Of a stretch of 64,000 nt of DNA, positions 1 to 9,527 are shown piece after piece (within the stretch, counting starts at the first letter, position 1; the number at the start of each line of letters is the position of its first letter). The DNA is from an uncultured delta proteobacterium (GTDB taxonomy: Bacteria; Desulfobacterota; Binatia; Binatales; Binataceae). The DNA lies in assembly GCA_963842085.1 (NCBI GenBank), contig CAWJET010000001.1, forward strand, positions 2,464,001-2,528,000. Reading direction: 5' to 3'. Position numbers and translations under genes: made by a program. The notes below the pieces were generated by a model. It was not told where the DNA came from. It ran no database searches and saw only the letters and a list, made by a program, of their open reading frames with translations.

Positions 1-412
1 AGGCGACGCCGAGATTCGCGCGATTCTCTCGCGGCCGACCACAGTCGCGGTAGTCGGATGCTCCGACAACCCGGCGCGCGACTCGCTTCGAATCGCAAAA
101 TTGCTCAAAAGCCGCGGGTTCAAGGTGATCCCGGTCAATCCGCAGCTCGATGCCGACGCGCTGTGCGACGTTCTCGGAGAAAAATGCTACCCCGACCTGG
201 CGTCGATTCGCGAGCCGGTTGAGATGGTGGACGTGTTTCGCCGCTCTGAGTTCGTGCCGCAAATCGTCGAGGACGCGATCGCAAAAGGTGCGCGCGTGCT
301 GTGGTGCCAACTCGGCGTGATCCACCTCGACGCAGCCCGACGCGCGCAGCAAGCCGGCATGACAGTCGTGATGGATCGATGCCCGGCAATCGAATACGCG
401 CGCCTGTTTTAG
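1..412 (+). CDS. CoA-binding protein (YccU-like), 5' partial
   Basis: Frame is open from position 2 (GDAEIRAILSRPTTVAVVGCSDNPARDS...). VDVFRRSE, W-Q-LG and VVMDRC motifs match the CoA_binding_2 family. Start lies upstream of the window. Confidence 0.85.
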   Translation, partial: GDAEIRAILSRPTTVAVVGCSDNPARDSLRIAKLLKSRGFKVIPVNPQLDADALCDVLGEKCYPDLASIREPVEMVDVFRRSEFVPQIVEDAIAKGARVLWCQLGVIHLDAARRAQQAGMTVVMDRCPAIEYARLF

Positions 413-431
413 GGCCGCCTCAAAATTTCCG

Positions 432-998
432 ATGAAACCGCGGAAGTGGAGGACGCTCAGGAGCGACGTTGCTTACCGGACGTCGATCTTCGATCTTCAT
501 CGACGGCGCTCGGAGCATGCGCGGCGCGGCGAACGCGACTTCTTCATCCTCGACGCGCCCAACTGGGTGAATGTCATCCCGCTCGCGAAAAACGGCGACG
601 TCGTGATGATCCGCCAATGGCGTCACGGCATTTCTGAATTCACCCTCGAGGTGCCGGGCGGGATGGTCGATCCCGAGGATCCGTCGCCGATGTATGCGGC
701 GCGCCGCGAAATGATCGAGGAGACCGGCTTCGATTCGGACTCGATCCTGGAACTCGGCAAAGTGCATCCGAATCCCGCAATCCAGGGCAACATCTGTTTC
801 TCCTTCCTTGCCGAGAACGTGCACCAGGTCGAACGGGTGGTATTGCTCGGCGACGAAGAGACCGAAGTCGTGATGGTGCCGATGCGCGCAATACGCGGTC
901 TGATCGCGTCGGGCAAGGTCATGCACGCACTGACGATCGCCGCATTTTCGTTCCTGCACGTGTACAACCCTCCGCCGAAGCGCCGCCGCAGGAAGTAG
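432..998 (+). CDS. NUDIX hydrolase (ADP-ribose pyrophosphatase-like)
   Basis: Nudix box GGMVDPEDPSPMYAARREMIEETGF; IRQWRHG and NPA motifs. Confidence 0.85.
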   Translation: MKPRKWRTLRSDVAYRTSIFDLHRRRSEHARRGERDFFILDAPNWVNVIPLAKNGDVVMIRQWRHGISEFTLEVPGGMVDPEDPSPMYAARREMIEETGFDSDSILELGKVHPNPAIQGNICFSFLAENVHQVERVVLLGDEETEVVMVPMRAIRGLIASGKVMHALTIAAFSFLHVYNPPPKRRRRK

Positions 999-1129
999 AG
1001 GCTCTGATCTCTCTCCTGTAAACCGAACGGGCGAGGTAGGAATTCGGACGCTCGCCCGCGGCCGCTTCCTGAAAAAAAACTGCAAGAAAATTCGGCGGGC
1101 GCGTTCATAGGGTCGAGAGGTACGACTCG

Positions 1130-2065
1130 ATGGACGAACACATCGCCGCGGCGGACTCGATCGCATCGAGGCTCAGGCCCTGGCCGCACTTCGCGATGCC
1201 GGCCGCGCTCGCCGACCCGCGCCTGTTTCAGATCTTTTCGCTTGGCATTCTGCTTGCTGTCGGCGCCTACTTCCGCGACTTCAGCCTCCGCCCGGAGCAG
1301 GTCGTCCTGACCTTTGCCGCCGGCCTGCTGACGCAAAGCACGTGCTGGAGGCTTAGCCCGTCGAAGCCGCGCACATTGCGCAGCGCCGTCATCACCTGCC
1401 TCGCTCTGTCGCTGCTGCTGCGCGCCGATAACCTGTTCGCGCATCCGATCGCAGCGGCCACCGCGATCTCCTCGAAATCGATTTTCAGATTTCGCAACAA
1501 GCATCTGTTCAATCCCGCGACCTTCGGCCTCATCTTCGCGATCGTTTTTCTTCCCGGCACGTGGGTATCCCCGGGCCAGTGGGGCCAGGATTTTGCCATC
1601 GCGGGATGGGTGATGATGCTGGGCGTGCTGGTGACGAATCGTGCGCGCCGCGGCGACATCAGCTGGACGTTTCTCGCGTTCTATCTTGGCGCGCTCGCGC
1701 TTCGCGTCGAATATCTCGGCAATCGATTTGCCGTGTGGACGCATCAGCTCGAGAGCGGCGCGCTGCTGCTGTTCGCGTTCTTCATGATTTCCGATCCGAT
1801 GACCGGGCCCAACGACCGCCGCGGAAGAATCGCGCACGCCGCGATTGTCGCCGCGATCGCGTACGCGTGGCAGGTCCGGCTCTTCCACACCAACGGACTC
1901 ATCTGGGCTTTGTTTATCGCGGCGCCATGCGTTCCGCTGTGGGACGCGATTTGGCCCGCGCGCAAATTCGAATGGGCACAAAATGGAGGTGGCTATGTTT
2001 TTTCAGCGAATCCCGATTCTCGTTTCGGTGATGCTGGCAGCGCTGATTCTTGGCGCGCCGCGTGA
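1130..2065 (+). CDS. RnfD/NqrB-like integral membrane protein (stand-alone)
   Basis: Hydrophobic 311 aa with SK...KHLFNPA and FFMISDP.T.P motifs of the NQR2/RnfD family. No other rnf/nqr genes nearby. Confidence 0.75.
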   Translation: MDEHIAAADSIASRLRPWPHFAMPAALADPRLFQIFSLGILLAVGAYFRDFSLRPEQVVLTFAAGLLTQSTCWRLSPSKPRTLRSAVITCLALSLLLRADNLFAHPIAAATAISSKSIFRFRNKHLFNPATFGLIFAIVFLPGTWVSPGQWGQDFAIAGWVMMLGVLVTNRARRGDISWTFLAFYLGALALRVEYLGNRFAVWTHQLESGALLLFAFFMISDPMTGPNDRRGRIAHAAIVAAIAYAWQVRLFHTNGLIWALFIAAPCVPLWDAIWPARKFEWAQNGGGYVFSANPDSRFGDAGSADSWRAA

Positions 2066-3389
2066 CGCACGCGCGTTCTGCGGCTTCTACGTCGGCAAGG
2101 CCGATGACAGCCTGGTCAATCACTCGTCGCAAGTCGTGATGGCGCATCATGACGACAAGACCGTCATCAGCCTTATGAACGATTACCAGGGCGAGCCGTC
2201 GGAGTTCGCGCTGGTGGTCCCGGTGCCGGTCGTGCTGCAGAAGGGTCAGGTGCATATCGGCGATCGCCAGTTGTTCGAGAAGATTGACGCGTACAGTTCG
2301 CCGCGGCTGGTCGAGTATTACGATCCGGATCCTTGCCAGATCATGCGCCCGATGGCCATGGGAGCAGCCGGGGCGATAGCAAGGAACTCGGTCGCCGCGG
2401 CCCCCAGCGCGGCCGAAGCTGCCGCGCTGGGCGTCAAGATCGAGGCGGAATACACCGTCGGCGAATACGACATCGTGATTTTGTCGGCCAAGGAGTCGCT
2501 CGGCTTGCAAACCTGGTTGCAGCTCAACGGCTACAAGATCCCGCTGGGCGCCGACCGCGCGCTCGAGCCGTATATTCGCAGCGACATGAAGTTCTTCGTC
2601 GCCAAGGTCAATCTGACCGAGCATAAGCGCACGGGTCTGACCTACCTGCGGCCGCTCCAGTTCGCATTCGAATCGCCCAAGTTCATGCTGCCGATTCGGC
2701 TCGGGATGATCAATTCGCAGGGACCGCAGGACCTCGTCATTTACATGCTCACCGAAGACGGCCGCGTCGAGACCACCAACTATCGCACGGTGAAATTGCC
2801 GACCGGCATGGATATTCCCGAGTACGTGCGTGCCGACTTCGGCGGCTTCTACAAGGCGATGTTCGACGAGCAGGTCAAGCGCAACGACATGCGCGCCGTC
2901 TTCACCGAGTACGTATGGAACATGGGATGGTGCGATCCGTGCGCGGGACCGCCGCTGTCGCGCGACGAATTGCGCAGCCTCGGCGTCTTCTGGCTCGACG
3001 ACCAGCCGGGCGGCGCGATGCCGATGTATCGCCGTTCCGGCGGGTTCATGCCGTACCCGCAGCCGGGCGGCGGTCCGATGCCGGTGATGCTCACGCGGCT
3101 GCACGTCCGCTACAGCGCGGACACGTTCCCCGAGGATCTGATTTTTCAGGAAACGCAGGACCAGGAAAACTTCCAGGCGCGCTACGTGCTGCATCGTCCG
3201 TGGGATGGCTCGCCCAGCGCATGCGAGGCGGCGCGAAACTACTTCGAGGAATTGAACAAGCGCCGAGCGCATGAGGCGGAGACGCTAGCGGATCTAACGG
3301 GATGGAACCTGCAGGACGTAATCAAAAAGGCGGGACTGACTCCGGGCACAGAGCCGAAGGCATGGTGGCAAGGCCTCTGGGGATCGTGA
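1995..3389 (+). CDS. DUF2330 domain-containing secreted protein
   Basis: GGAGGT RBS before ATG 1995; signal peptide ending ARA-FCGFYV; YSSPRLVEYYDPDPC, FFVAKVNL and TEYVWNMGWCDPC motifs. Confidence 0.8.
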   Translation: MFFQRIPILVSVMLAALILGAPRDARAFCGFYVGKADDSLVNHSSQVVMAHHDDKTVISLMNDYQGEPSEFALVVPVPVVLQKGQVHIGDRQLFEKIDAYSSPRLVEYYDPDPCQIMRPMAMGAAGAIARNSVAAAPSAAEAAALGVKIEAEYTVGEYDIVILSAKESLGLQTWLQLNGYKIPLGADRALEPYIRSDMKFFVAKVNLTEHKRTGLTYLRPLQFAFESPKFMLPIRLGMINSQGPQDLVIYMLTEDGRVETTNYRTVKLPTGMDIPEYVRADFGGFYKAMFDEQVKRNDMRAVFTEYVWNMGWCDPCAGPPLSRDELRSLGVFWLDDQPGGAMPMYRRSGGFMPYPQPGGGPMPVMLTRLHVRYSADTFPEDLIFQETQDQENFQARYVLHRPWDGSPSACEAARNYFEELNKRRAHEAETLADLTGWNLQDVIKKAGLTPGTEPKAWWQGLWGS

Positions 3390-3412
3390 GGGCGGTCGAT
3401 GGTGCGGAGAGA

Positions 3413-3447
3413 GCGCGCGGGGTCGTCGCGACCCCGCGCGCGCGTTT
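3413..3447 (+). terminator. GC-rich hairpin after DUF2330 gene
   Basis: Stem-loop GCGCGCGGGGTCG-tcg-CGACCCCGCGCGC followed by a short T run. Confidence 0.55.
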
Positions 3448-3501
3448 CACAATTCGTTTCACAACGTGAATCGCGATCCCCCACTGGCTATATTTGCTCG
3501 C

Positions 3502-4080
3502 ATGCCTGCCCCTCGTCTCGAATTCCGGGAAGTCGATCGAGACAACTGGGACGATCTCGCACGTCTCTTCGACGCGCGCGGCGGCCCCAAGAGTTGCTAC
3601 TGCATGGTTTGGCGGGCCACGCCCGCTGAAGCTAAACGTCCCGACGGCAAAAGCCGCAAAGCTGCCCTGCGCTCGCGGGTTACTCGCGGCGTGCCCGTCG
3701 GAATTCTTGGCTACCACCATGATGTGCCGGTGGCATGGTGCTCGATCGCTCCGCGCCCGACCTATCGGCGTCTTGGCGGTCCCGCTGACTTCGCCGAGGA
3801 ACCCGACGCGGTCTGGTCTCTTGCCTGCTTCTTCGTCAAACGCGAGTACCGGGGTCAAAAGGTGACCGACCAGCTCCTCCAAGCGGCGATTGCGCAAGCT
3901 GACCTGCACGGCGCGAAGATCGTCGAGGCTTATCCAGTCGATCCGGAATCGCCGAGCTACCGCTTCATGGGATTCGTAAGTCTCTTCAAAAGAGCGGGCT
4001 TCAAAAGGGTCTCGGACGCAGGGACAAGGCGTCACGTCATGCGCCTGCAGCTCGCCGGACCTCGCCGCTCGCGACACTAA
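3502..4080 (+). CDS. GNAT family N-acetyltransferase
   Basis: CYCMVWR; VAWCSIAPR; CFFVKREYRGQKV acetyl-CoA motif A; VEAYP. Confidence 0.8.
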   Translation: MPAPRLEFREVDRDNWDDLARLFDARGGPKSCYCMVWRATPAEAKRPDGKSRKAALRSRVTRGVPVGILGYHHDVPVAWCSIAPRPTYRRLGGPADFAEEPDAVWSLACFFVKREYRGQKVTDQLLQAAIAQADLHGAKIVEAYPVDPESPSYRFMGFVSLFKRAGFKRVSDAGTRRHVMRLQLAGPRRSRH

Positions 4081-4094
4081 CCTGATCTCCCGCA

Positions 4095-4123
4095 TTGACA
4101 GCGGCGACAGTGTGCCCTAGCGT
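4095..4123 (+). promoter_or_regulatory. sigma70-type promoter upstream of ffh
   Basis: TTGACA-17 bp-TAGCGT. An extended -10 (TGcTATATT) follows at 4132-4140. Confidence 0.55.
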
Positions 4124-4203
4124 TGACGGTTTGCTATATTATTCAACTCACCCGACTGGGCCGGAGCCGGTTACCTCGACCTGCCGCAACCGAGTTTTTA
4201 CCC

Positions 4204-5544
4204 ATGTTTGACACGCTCAGCGACCGCCTCGAAGGGGTCTTCAAAAAACTCAAGGGCCAGGGCCGCATCACCGAACGGAATATCGAGGATGCGCTGCGCG
4301 AAGTCCGGCTCGCGCTGCTCGAAGCTGACGTCAATATCAAGGTCGTTCGCGATTTTATCGAGCACGTCAAGTCCAAGGCGTTCGGCGCGGAAGTGCTGCG
4401 CTCGCTCACGCCCGAGCAGCATCTGATCAAGTTCGTTGCGACCGAGCTGCAGAACGCGATGGGCGGATCGGCGCGCGAGCTCGATCTGAAGGTCAAGCCG
4501 CCGGTCAAAATCATGGTGGTTGGCCTGCAGGGCTCGGGCAAAACGACGTCGGTCGCGAAGCTCGCGTTATGGCTCAAGTCGGAGCGCAAGCGTCATCCGA
4601 TTTTGGCGTCCACCGACGTTTATCGCCCGGCTGCGATGGAGCAATTACGCGTGCTCGGCGCGCAGGCGCAAATTCCGGTTCTGGACAGCAACGAGAATCA
4701 GAATCCGATCGAGATCGCCTCGCGCGCGATGGCCCGCGCCGAGACCGGCGGCCATGACGCGATACTGATCGACACTGCCGGCCGCCTGCAAATCGACGAA
4801 GAGCTGATGGACGAGCTGGCGCGGCTGAAGGCCGCGCTCAATCCGCATCACATCATTTTCGTCGCCGACGCGATGACCGGGCAGGAAGCGGCGAACGTGG
4901 CGGCGGGATTCCATCAGCGGCTGGGAATTTCCGGCGTCATCCTGACCAAGCTCGACTCCGACGCGCGCGGCGGCGCAGCGCTTTCGGTGCGGACCATCAC
5001 CGGCGCGCCGATTCTGTTTGCGGCCACCGGCGAGAAGCTCGACGCGTTCGAGATTTTCTACCCGGACCGGCTCACCTCGCGGATCCTCGGGATGGGCGAC
5101 GTGCTGACGCTCATCGAAAAGGCGCAGCAGAACTACGATCAGACCAAGGCCAAAGAGCTCGAGCGCAAGTTTAAGAAGAACGAGTTCACGATCAAGGACT
5201 TCGCCGAGCAGATCAAGGCGATAAAGAAGATGGGCTCGCTTGGCGATCTGATGGGCATGATCCCCGGACTAAAAAAGGTCGCGGGCGCCGCCGATTCCGA
5301 ACAGGCGAAGCGCGAGCTCGAGCGCATCCAGGCGATTATCGACTCGATGACCCTCCAGGAGCGCGGCAATCATCTGATTATCAACGGGCGCCGGCGCGCG
5401 CGCATCGCCGGCGGCAGCGGCACCTCAGTCCAGGACGTAAACCGCTTTCTGAAACAGTTCGAGCAGACGCGCAAGATGATGAAAAAAATCACCCGCATGG
5501 GCGCGGGAAAAATGATGATGCGCGGGCTGGGGCTCGGCAGCTAG
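4204..5544 (+). CDS. ffh: Signal recognition particle protein Ffh
   Basis: MFDTLSDRL start; [14 protein letters not shown] and TKLD GTPase motifs; Met-rich M domain. Confidence 0.97.
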   Translation: MFDTLSDRLEGVFKKLKGQGRITERNIEDALREVRLALLEADVNIKVVRDFIEHVKSKAFGAEVLRSLTPEQHLIKFVATELQNAMGGSARELDLKVKPPVKIMVVGLQGSGKTTSVAKLALWLKSERKRHPILASTDVYRPAAMEQLRVLGAQAQIPVLDSNENQNPIEIASRAMARAETGGHDAILIDTAGRLQIDEELMDELARLKAALNPHHIIFVADAMTGQEAANVAAGFHQRLGISGVILTKLDSDARGGAALSVRTITGAPILFAATGEKLDAFEIFYPDRLTSRILGMGDVLTLIEKAQQNYDQTKAKELERKFKKNEFTIKDFAEQIKAIKKMGSLGDLMGMIPGLKKVAGAADSEQAKRELERIQAIIDSMTLQERGNHLIINGRRRARIAGGSGTSVQDVNRFLKQFEQTRKMMKKITRMGAGKMMMRGLGLGS

Positions 5545-5566
5545 AATAAAGCAACAGGAGAATCGC

Positions 5567-5821
5567 ATGGGACTTGTAATCCGGTTGCGCCGCCATGGCG
5601 CGCGCAAGAAACCTTTCTACCGCATCGTGGTGGCGGATTCGCGCTCGCCGCGCGACGGACGCTTCGTCGCGCAGGTCGGCACCTACGATCCGGCTTTCGA
5701 TCCGCCGCGCGTCACGATCAAAAAAGACCTGACGGACCGCTGGCTCAAGGCTGGCGCTAAGCCGAGCGACACGGTAAGAAAACTAATTAAACGGGCCGAA
5801 ACGGCAACGGTCTCCGCCTGA
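5567..5821 (+). CDS. rpsP: 30S ribosomal protein S16
   Basis: [29 protein letters not shown]; follows ffh. Confidence 0.97.
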   Translation: MGLVIRLRRHGARKKPFYRIVVADSRSPRDGRFVAQVGTYDPAFDPPRVTIKKDLTDRWLKAGAKPSDTVRKLIKRAETATVSA

Positions 5822-5848
5822 TGCGACCCGCTGCAACGGAGCCATCCC

Positions 5849-6085
5849 ATGAAGGAGCTCGTTCAGTTCCTCGCGCAACAACTGGTAAACAATCCTGACG
5901 CGGTGGACGTGAAGGAGACGCAGGGCGACACCGCCTCGGTACTTGAGCTGCGGGTGGCGAAGGAAGATTTGGGGCGCGTGATCGGCAAGCAGGGGCGGAC
6001 CGCCAAGTCGATTCGCACGATTCTGAACGCGGTCGCCTCGCGCACCAACCGCAAGGTGGTTCTCGAAATCGTCGAGGACAAGTGA
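5849..6085 (+). CDS. khpA: KH domain RNA-binding protein KhpA
   Basis: DLGRVIGKQGRTAKSIRTIL; conserved position between rpsP and rimM. Confidence 0.92.
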   Translation: MKELVQFLAQQLVNNPDAVDVKETQGDTASVLELRVAKEDLGRVIGKQGRTAKSIRTILNAVASRTNRKVVLEIVEDK

Positions 6086-6134
6086 TCGCGCGGCCGGCAC
6101 CCTGCGCGATGATACCGGGCAAGCTACCGAATCG

Positions 6135-6635
6135 ATGCTCCGCGTCGGCCGCATAACCGGCGCCCATGGGCTCAAGGGCGCGCTCCGATTTCGGCCCGAC
6201 AATCCCGACTCCGACACATTGGAACTGGTCACGCGCGTGTTCCTCGAGAGCGCGGGAGCGGCCCGCGAGTTTCGGCTGACCGGAATGACGCGGCTGAACG
6301 CGACCACGCGGCGAATCGCGCTCGAAGGGGTCGCGGACGCAAACGCGGCCGAGTCGCTCAAGGGCGCGGTCGTGATGCTCGCGACGGAGGATGTCCCGCC
6401 CGCCAGGCCGGGTGAGTTCTATTACTACGAGGCGATCGGATGCGAGGTGTTCCTGACCGACGGCGCCCGCCTCGGCGCGATCGAAGAAATCTTCTCGAAC
6501 GGCGCCCACGACATCTGGGTGGTGCGAGACGGCGAGCGCGAAGTGCTGGTCCCGGTGATCGAGGACGTCGTCAAGGCGATGGACTTCGCCGCCCGGCGCG
6601 TCACGATCGAGCCGCTTCCCGGCCTGCTCGATTGA
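6135..6635 (+). CDS. rimM: 16S rRNA processing protein RimM
   Basis: VGRITGAHGLKG; GEFYYYEAIG; PRC barrel; synteny. Start codon uncertain. Confidence 0.93.
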   Translation: MLRVGRITGAHGLKGALRFRPDNPDSDTLELVTRVFLESAGAAREFRLTGMTRLNATTRRIALEGVADANAAESLKGAVVMLATEDVPPARPGEFYYYEAIGCEVFLTDGARLGAIEEIFSNGAHDIWVVRDGEREVLVPVIEDVVKAMDFAARRVTIEPLPGLLD

Positions 6636-6681
6636 CCATCTGGCCCCAGGCGACTCACCCGGATAGATTTGGATTCGCGCG

Positions 6682-7368
6682 ATGGAATTTCACGTAATCA
6701 CACTGTTCCCCGAGATGTTCGAGTCGCCGTTTCGCGGCGGCATGATTGGACGCGCTGTGGAGCAGGGACTGATCGCGATCAAGGCGCATCCGCTGCGCGA
6801 GCACGGCCTCGGCAACTACCGGCAGGTCGATGACGCGCCGTACGGGGGAGGCAGCGGGATGGTGATGCGGCCGGAGCCGATTGCCGCCGCGATCGACGCG
6901 GTCAATGCGCAGCGGCCGGGTTTGTGGCGCATCCTGATGACACCGCAGGGCGAAGTGTTCGACAACTCGATGGCGCGTGACCTCGCCCGGCGCGCGCCCG
7001 GCCTGATGATCGTCGCGGGGCGCTACGAGGGAATCGACGAGCGCGTGCGCTCGCTGGTTGACCAGGAAATTTCGATCGGCGACTACGTGCTGAGCGGCGG
7101 AGAAATCCCCGCGATGGCGGTGATCGAGGCGGTGGGCAGAATTCTGCCGGGCGTGCTCGGCAATCCCGAGTCGCTCGACGAGGAATCGTTCGCGGCCGGG
7201 ATGCTCGAGTATCCGCAATACACGCGACCCGAGGAATTTCGCGGGATGACGGTGCCGGAAATCCTGCTCAGTGGCGACCACGGCAAGATTCGCGCGTGGC
7301 GCGAGGCCGAAGCGAAACGGCGCACCGCCAGGCGGCGTCCCGACCTGCTCCAACGCCGCAAGCTCTGA
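6682..7368 (+). CDS. trmD: tRNA (guanine37-N1)-methyltransferase
   Basis: VDDAPYGGGSGMV, GRYEGIDER, SIGDYVLSGGE, LLSGDH. Confidence 0.97.
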   Translation: MEFHVITLFPEMFESPFRGGMIGRAVEQGLIAIKAHPLREHGLGNYRQVDDAPYGGGSGMVMRPEPIAAAIDAVNAQRPGLWRILMTPQGEVFDNSMARDLARRAPGLMIVAGRYEGIDERVRSLVDQEISIGDYVLSGGEIPAMAVIEAVGRILPGVLGNPESLDEESFAAGMLEYPQYTRPEEFRGMTVPEILLSGDHGKIRAWREAEAKRRTARRRPDLLQRRKL

Positions 7369-7370
7369 CC

Positions 7371-7407
7371 GTGCCAATTCTGAAAACGTGCAAATTCTGA
7401 AAACGTG
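7371..7407 (+). repeat. 17-bp tandem duplication covering the start of the SPOUT gene
   Basis: GTGCCAATTCTGAAAAC GTGCAAATTCTGAAAAC GTG. Confidence 0.85.
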
Positions 7408-7962
7408 AACGACCTCTTCGTAGCGTTGATTCATCATCCGGTGCTCGATCGGAACGCAAAGATTGTCACGTCGGCGATCACCAGCCTGGACATCCACGAT
7501 ATCGCGCGCGCGTCGCGAACCTACGACGTGCGGGGCGTGTTCATCGTGCATCCAATTCCCGAGCAGCGTAAATTCGCGGCCAGCGTGATCGATCACTGGC
7601 GCTTCGACTTCGGCCGCACTCACGATTCGCGCCGTCGCGAGGCGCTCGAGCGCGTGCAAATAGTCGCCGACCTCGACGACGCCATCGCCGAAGCATCGCG
7701 AATCTCCGGCGCGCGCCCGCGGGTAGTACACACCTCCGCGCGCACCGAAGGCGGCACCAGCTATTCCGATTTGCGCAAACGGCTCGAGGCCCCGGACGCG
7801 CCGCCGATGATGATCCTGCTCGGCACCGGATTTGGAATGTCGCCCGAGGTCGCCGAGCGCGCCGACGTGGTGCTCGCGCCGATCGTCGGCCCCGGCGACT
7901 ACAACCATCTGTCAGTGCGCTCCGCCGCGGGAATTATTTTGGATCGTCTTCGCGGCAAGTGA
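7405..7962 (+). CDS. SPOUT-class RNA methyltransferase (Methyltrn_RNA_4-like)
   Basis: ALIHHPV, DIHDIARASRTY, GTGFG and YNHLSVRSAA.IILDRL motifs; typical trmD neighbour in deltaproteobacteria-like genomes. Confidence 0.88.
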   Translation: MNDLFVALIHHPVLDRNAKIVTSAITSLDIHDIARASRTYDVRGVFIVHPIPEQRKFAASVIDHWRFDFGRTHDSRRREALERVQIVADLDDAIAEASRISGARPRVVHTSARTEGGTSYSDLRKRLEAPDAPPMMILLGTGFGMSPEVAERADVVLAPIVGPGDYNHLSVRSAAGIILDRLRGK

Positions 7963-8493
7963 CGCGCGCAGCTTCGTGACGAAGCGGCGCATGTGCGGAT
8001 CGGAGCGCTCGGACGGAATCTCGTCGAAGCCGAACCATCGCACGCCGTGAAACTCGCCGCGATCGAACTCAATCGCGCGCGAGTTGTCCCCCCGTAGAAC
8101 ATACCAAAGCGACACGTCAGTGTGCCCGCCGACTTTGCGGGTGGGCGTCACCGTGATGAACAGTGGATCTGGAAGGATGAACTCCGCATCGAGGTTCAAC
8201 TCCTCCGACAGTTCTCTGACTACGGTTGCCATCGGATCTTCGTCGGGCTCGACGTGGCCTCCGCTCGGCAGCCACAAGTCCGCGAGCTTGTGATCGACCA
8301 GCAGCAACTCGCTGCGCTGCTCATCTACGAGAGCGAAGTAACTCACCAGGTGCTTGGGCGGGACGTCCGGTTTTTTAGTCCTGAAGATGGGCGCACCCGA
8401 ACGAATCCATTCGATCGTCGAGTCGCGATGCTCCCGCTCGAGCTCGTCGAGAGGCTCGATCGTCGCGATTATTTCGGCGATCCTGTCGCGCAT
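7912..8493 (-). CDS. NUDIX hydrolase
   Basis: Nudix box GGHVEPDEDPMATVVRELSEEL; PPKHLVSYF; HTDVSLWY. Confidence 0.85.
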   Translation of the reverse strand: MRDRIAEIIATIEPLDELEREHRDSTIEWIRSGAPIFRTKKPDVPPKHLVSYFALVDEQRSELLLVDHKLADLWLPSGGHVEPDEDPMATVVRELSEELNLDAEFILPDPLFITVTPTRKVGGHTDVSLWYVLRGDNSRAIEFDRGEFHGVRWFGFDEIPSERSDPHMRRFVTKLRASLAAKTIQNNSRGGAH

Positions 8494-8510
8494 TGGATTC
8501 GTAAAGCCGC

Positions 8511-8936
8511 CTATTGTTGCATATGTCCGTCCGGTAACGGCAGGTCTGTGCCCTCCAGAGGCAGTGACACTTCGACCGGGACACCCTCGACTGACTTAGG
8601 CGCGGCGCGCTTCACCGCCGCGAGTTTTTTGGGATCCCAAACCCACAGTTGAATCCAAAAGTTACAGGCCGCAATCGCTGCACGCGCGGCAGACGGGCTC
8701 TTCGTTTTGGAGACAGGAATTCCGCACCCCACGGAATCGACACCGGGTATTGCCAGCAGCTTTTTCATATTTCGGTCGCGCACCTGCTGGACCCGTATGC
8801 TGGCTGAACAGCACGGATTTTCGCTCGCGGGACCGGAATCGCACACGGATTGCGCCGCGGCTCGCGAACCGGGTACCGACGACAACGCCAGATACCAGCC
8901 CAAAAGCGCGAGCACGGCCGCATAGCGGGGCTTCAT
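8511..8936 (-). CDS. Small secreted hypothetical protein (MKPRYAAVLALLGWYL leader)
   Basis: Signal-like N-terminus; Cys-rich; LLAIPGVDSVG...P..VEGVPV fold-like segment. Confidence 0.6.
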   Translation of the reverse strand: MKPRYAAVLALLGWYLALSSVPGSRAAAQSVCDSGPASENPCCSASIRVQQVRDRNMKKLLAIPGVDSVGCGIPVSKTKSPSAARAAIAACNFWIQLWVWDPKKLAAVKRAAPKSVEGVPVEVSLPLEGTDLPLPDGHMQQ

Positions 8937-8975
8937 GCGGGCAGACTCTACCACTGCGCAATAACGGGTAGTGTC

Positions 8976-9230
8976 CTAATTTGACGGCGGCTCGCCAATT
9001 TCCGTGACAACGCGAGGCTCATGCTCAAGAACGAGTCTTGCAAGCTGATCGGGTAACTGAAACCACTGTTGTTTCCCGCGAGTGTTCGGATAACCGCTGC
9101 GATGAATGTCGTCCGGATTCCACGTAACTCCGAGCACTGTTTTCTTGTCTCGCTGCAATTCAGCGATCGTAAACGCGGGGCAATCCGCCACATATCTCAG
9201 AACTTTGTGTGTCTTTGTGTCATGCAACAT
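8976..9230 (-). CDS. Hypothetical passenger protein inside the IS1 derivative
   Basis: 84-aa ORF with a GVTWN...GYPNTRG...WFQLP motif; start overlaps the transposase remnant end; stop lies in the TIR. Confidence 0.55.
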   Translation of the reverse strand: MLHDTKTHKVLRYVADCPAFTIAELQRDKKTVLGVTWNPDDIHRSGYPNTRGKQQWFQLPDQLARLVLEHEPRVVTEIGEPPSN

Positions 9231-9430
9231 CGGCCTGCGCTCCTGCGGATGCGGTAATCAATTCCTCGACCGACCATAGCCGATCCGTCACGCCAGCGGA
9301 CATAGCTGGCGTACAGCGCAGCGTCCGATGCACGCGCACGAAATTGTAATTTGCGTAGTGCAGCGCAACTGACGCCTTGAGATTCGCCAGCCATCAAACG
9401 CATCACCGTGTCGCGATGGATTCCGGACCG
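9219..9430 (-). pseudogene. IS1-family transposase remnant (HTH piece joined out of frame to C-terminal piece; DDE core deleted)
   Basis: Two frames: ...SGIHRDTVMRLM, then LANLKASVALHYANYNFVRVHRTLRCTPAMSAGVTDRLWSVEELITAS...*. Confidence 0.8.
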
Positions 9431-9527
9431 GTCCGCCAAATTAGGACACTACCCAATAACGCGCACCCATTGAGTGGGGGCGCGCATTTGGGTAGCTTGG
9501 ATGGCTCGACTCGAGGTCTTTTCTCCC

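Larger units (their letters stand above)
8967..9453 (-). mobile_element. Internally deleted IS1-family element (487 bp) with passenger gene
   Basis: TIRs GGTAGTGTCCTAATTTG(A/G)CGG at 8967 and 9453; 8-bp TSD CAATAACG at 8959-8966 and 9454-9461; transposase remnants GIHRDTVMRL and NLKASVALHYANYNFVRVHRTLRCTPAMSAGVTDRLWSVEEL. Confidence 0.88.

Noticed and set aside
623-3272. Long antisense ORFs (623..1981, 1914..3272) and similar shadows throughout
   Set aside because: Typical high-GC antisense frames opposite well-supported genes, with no motifs.
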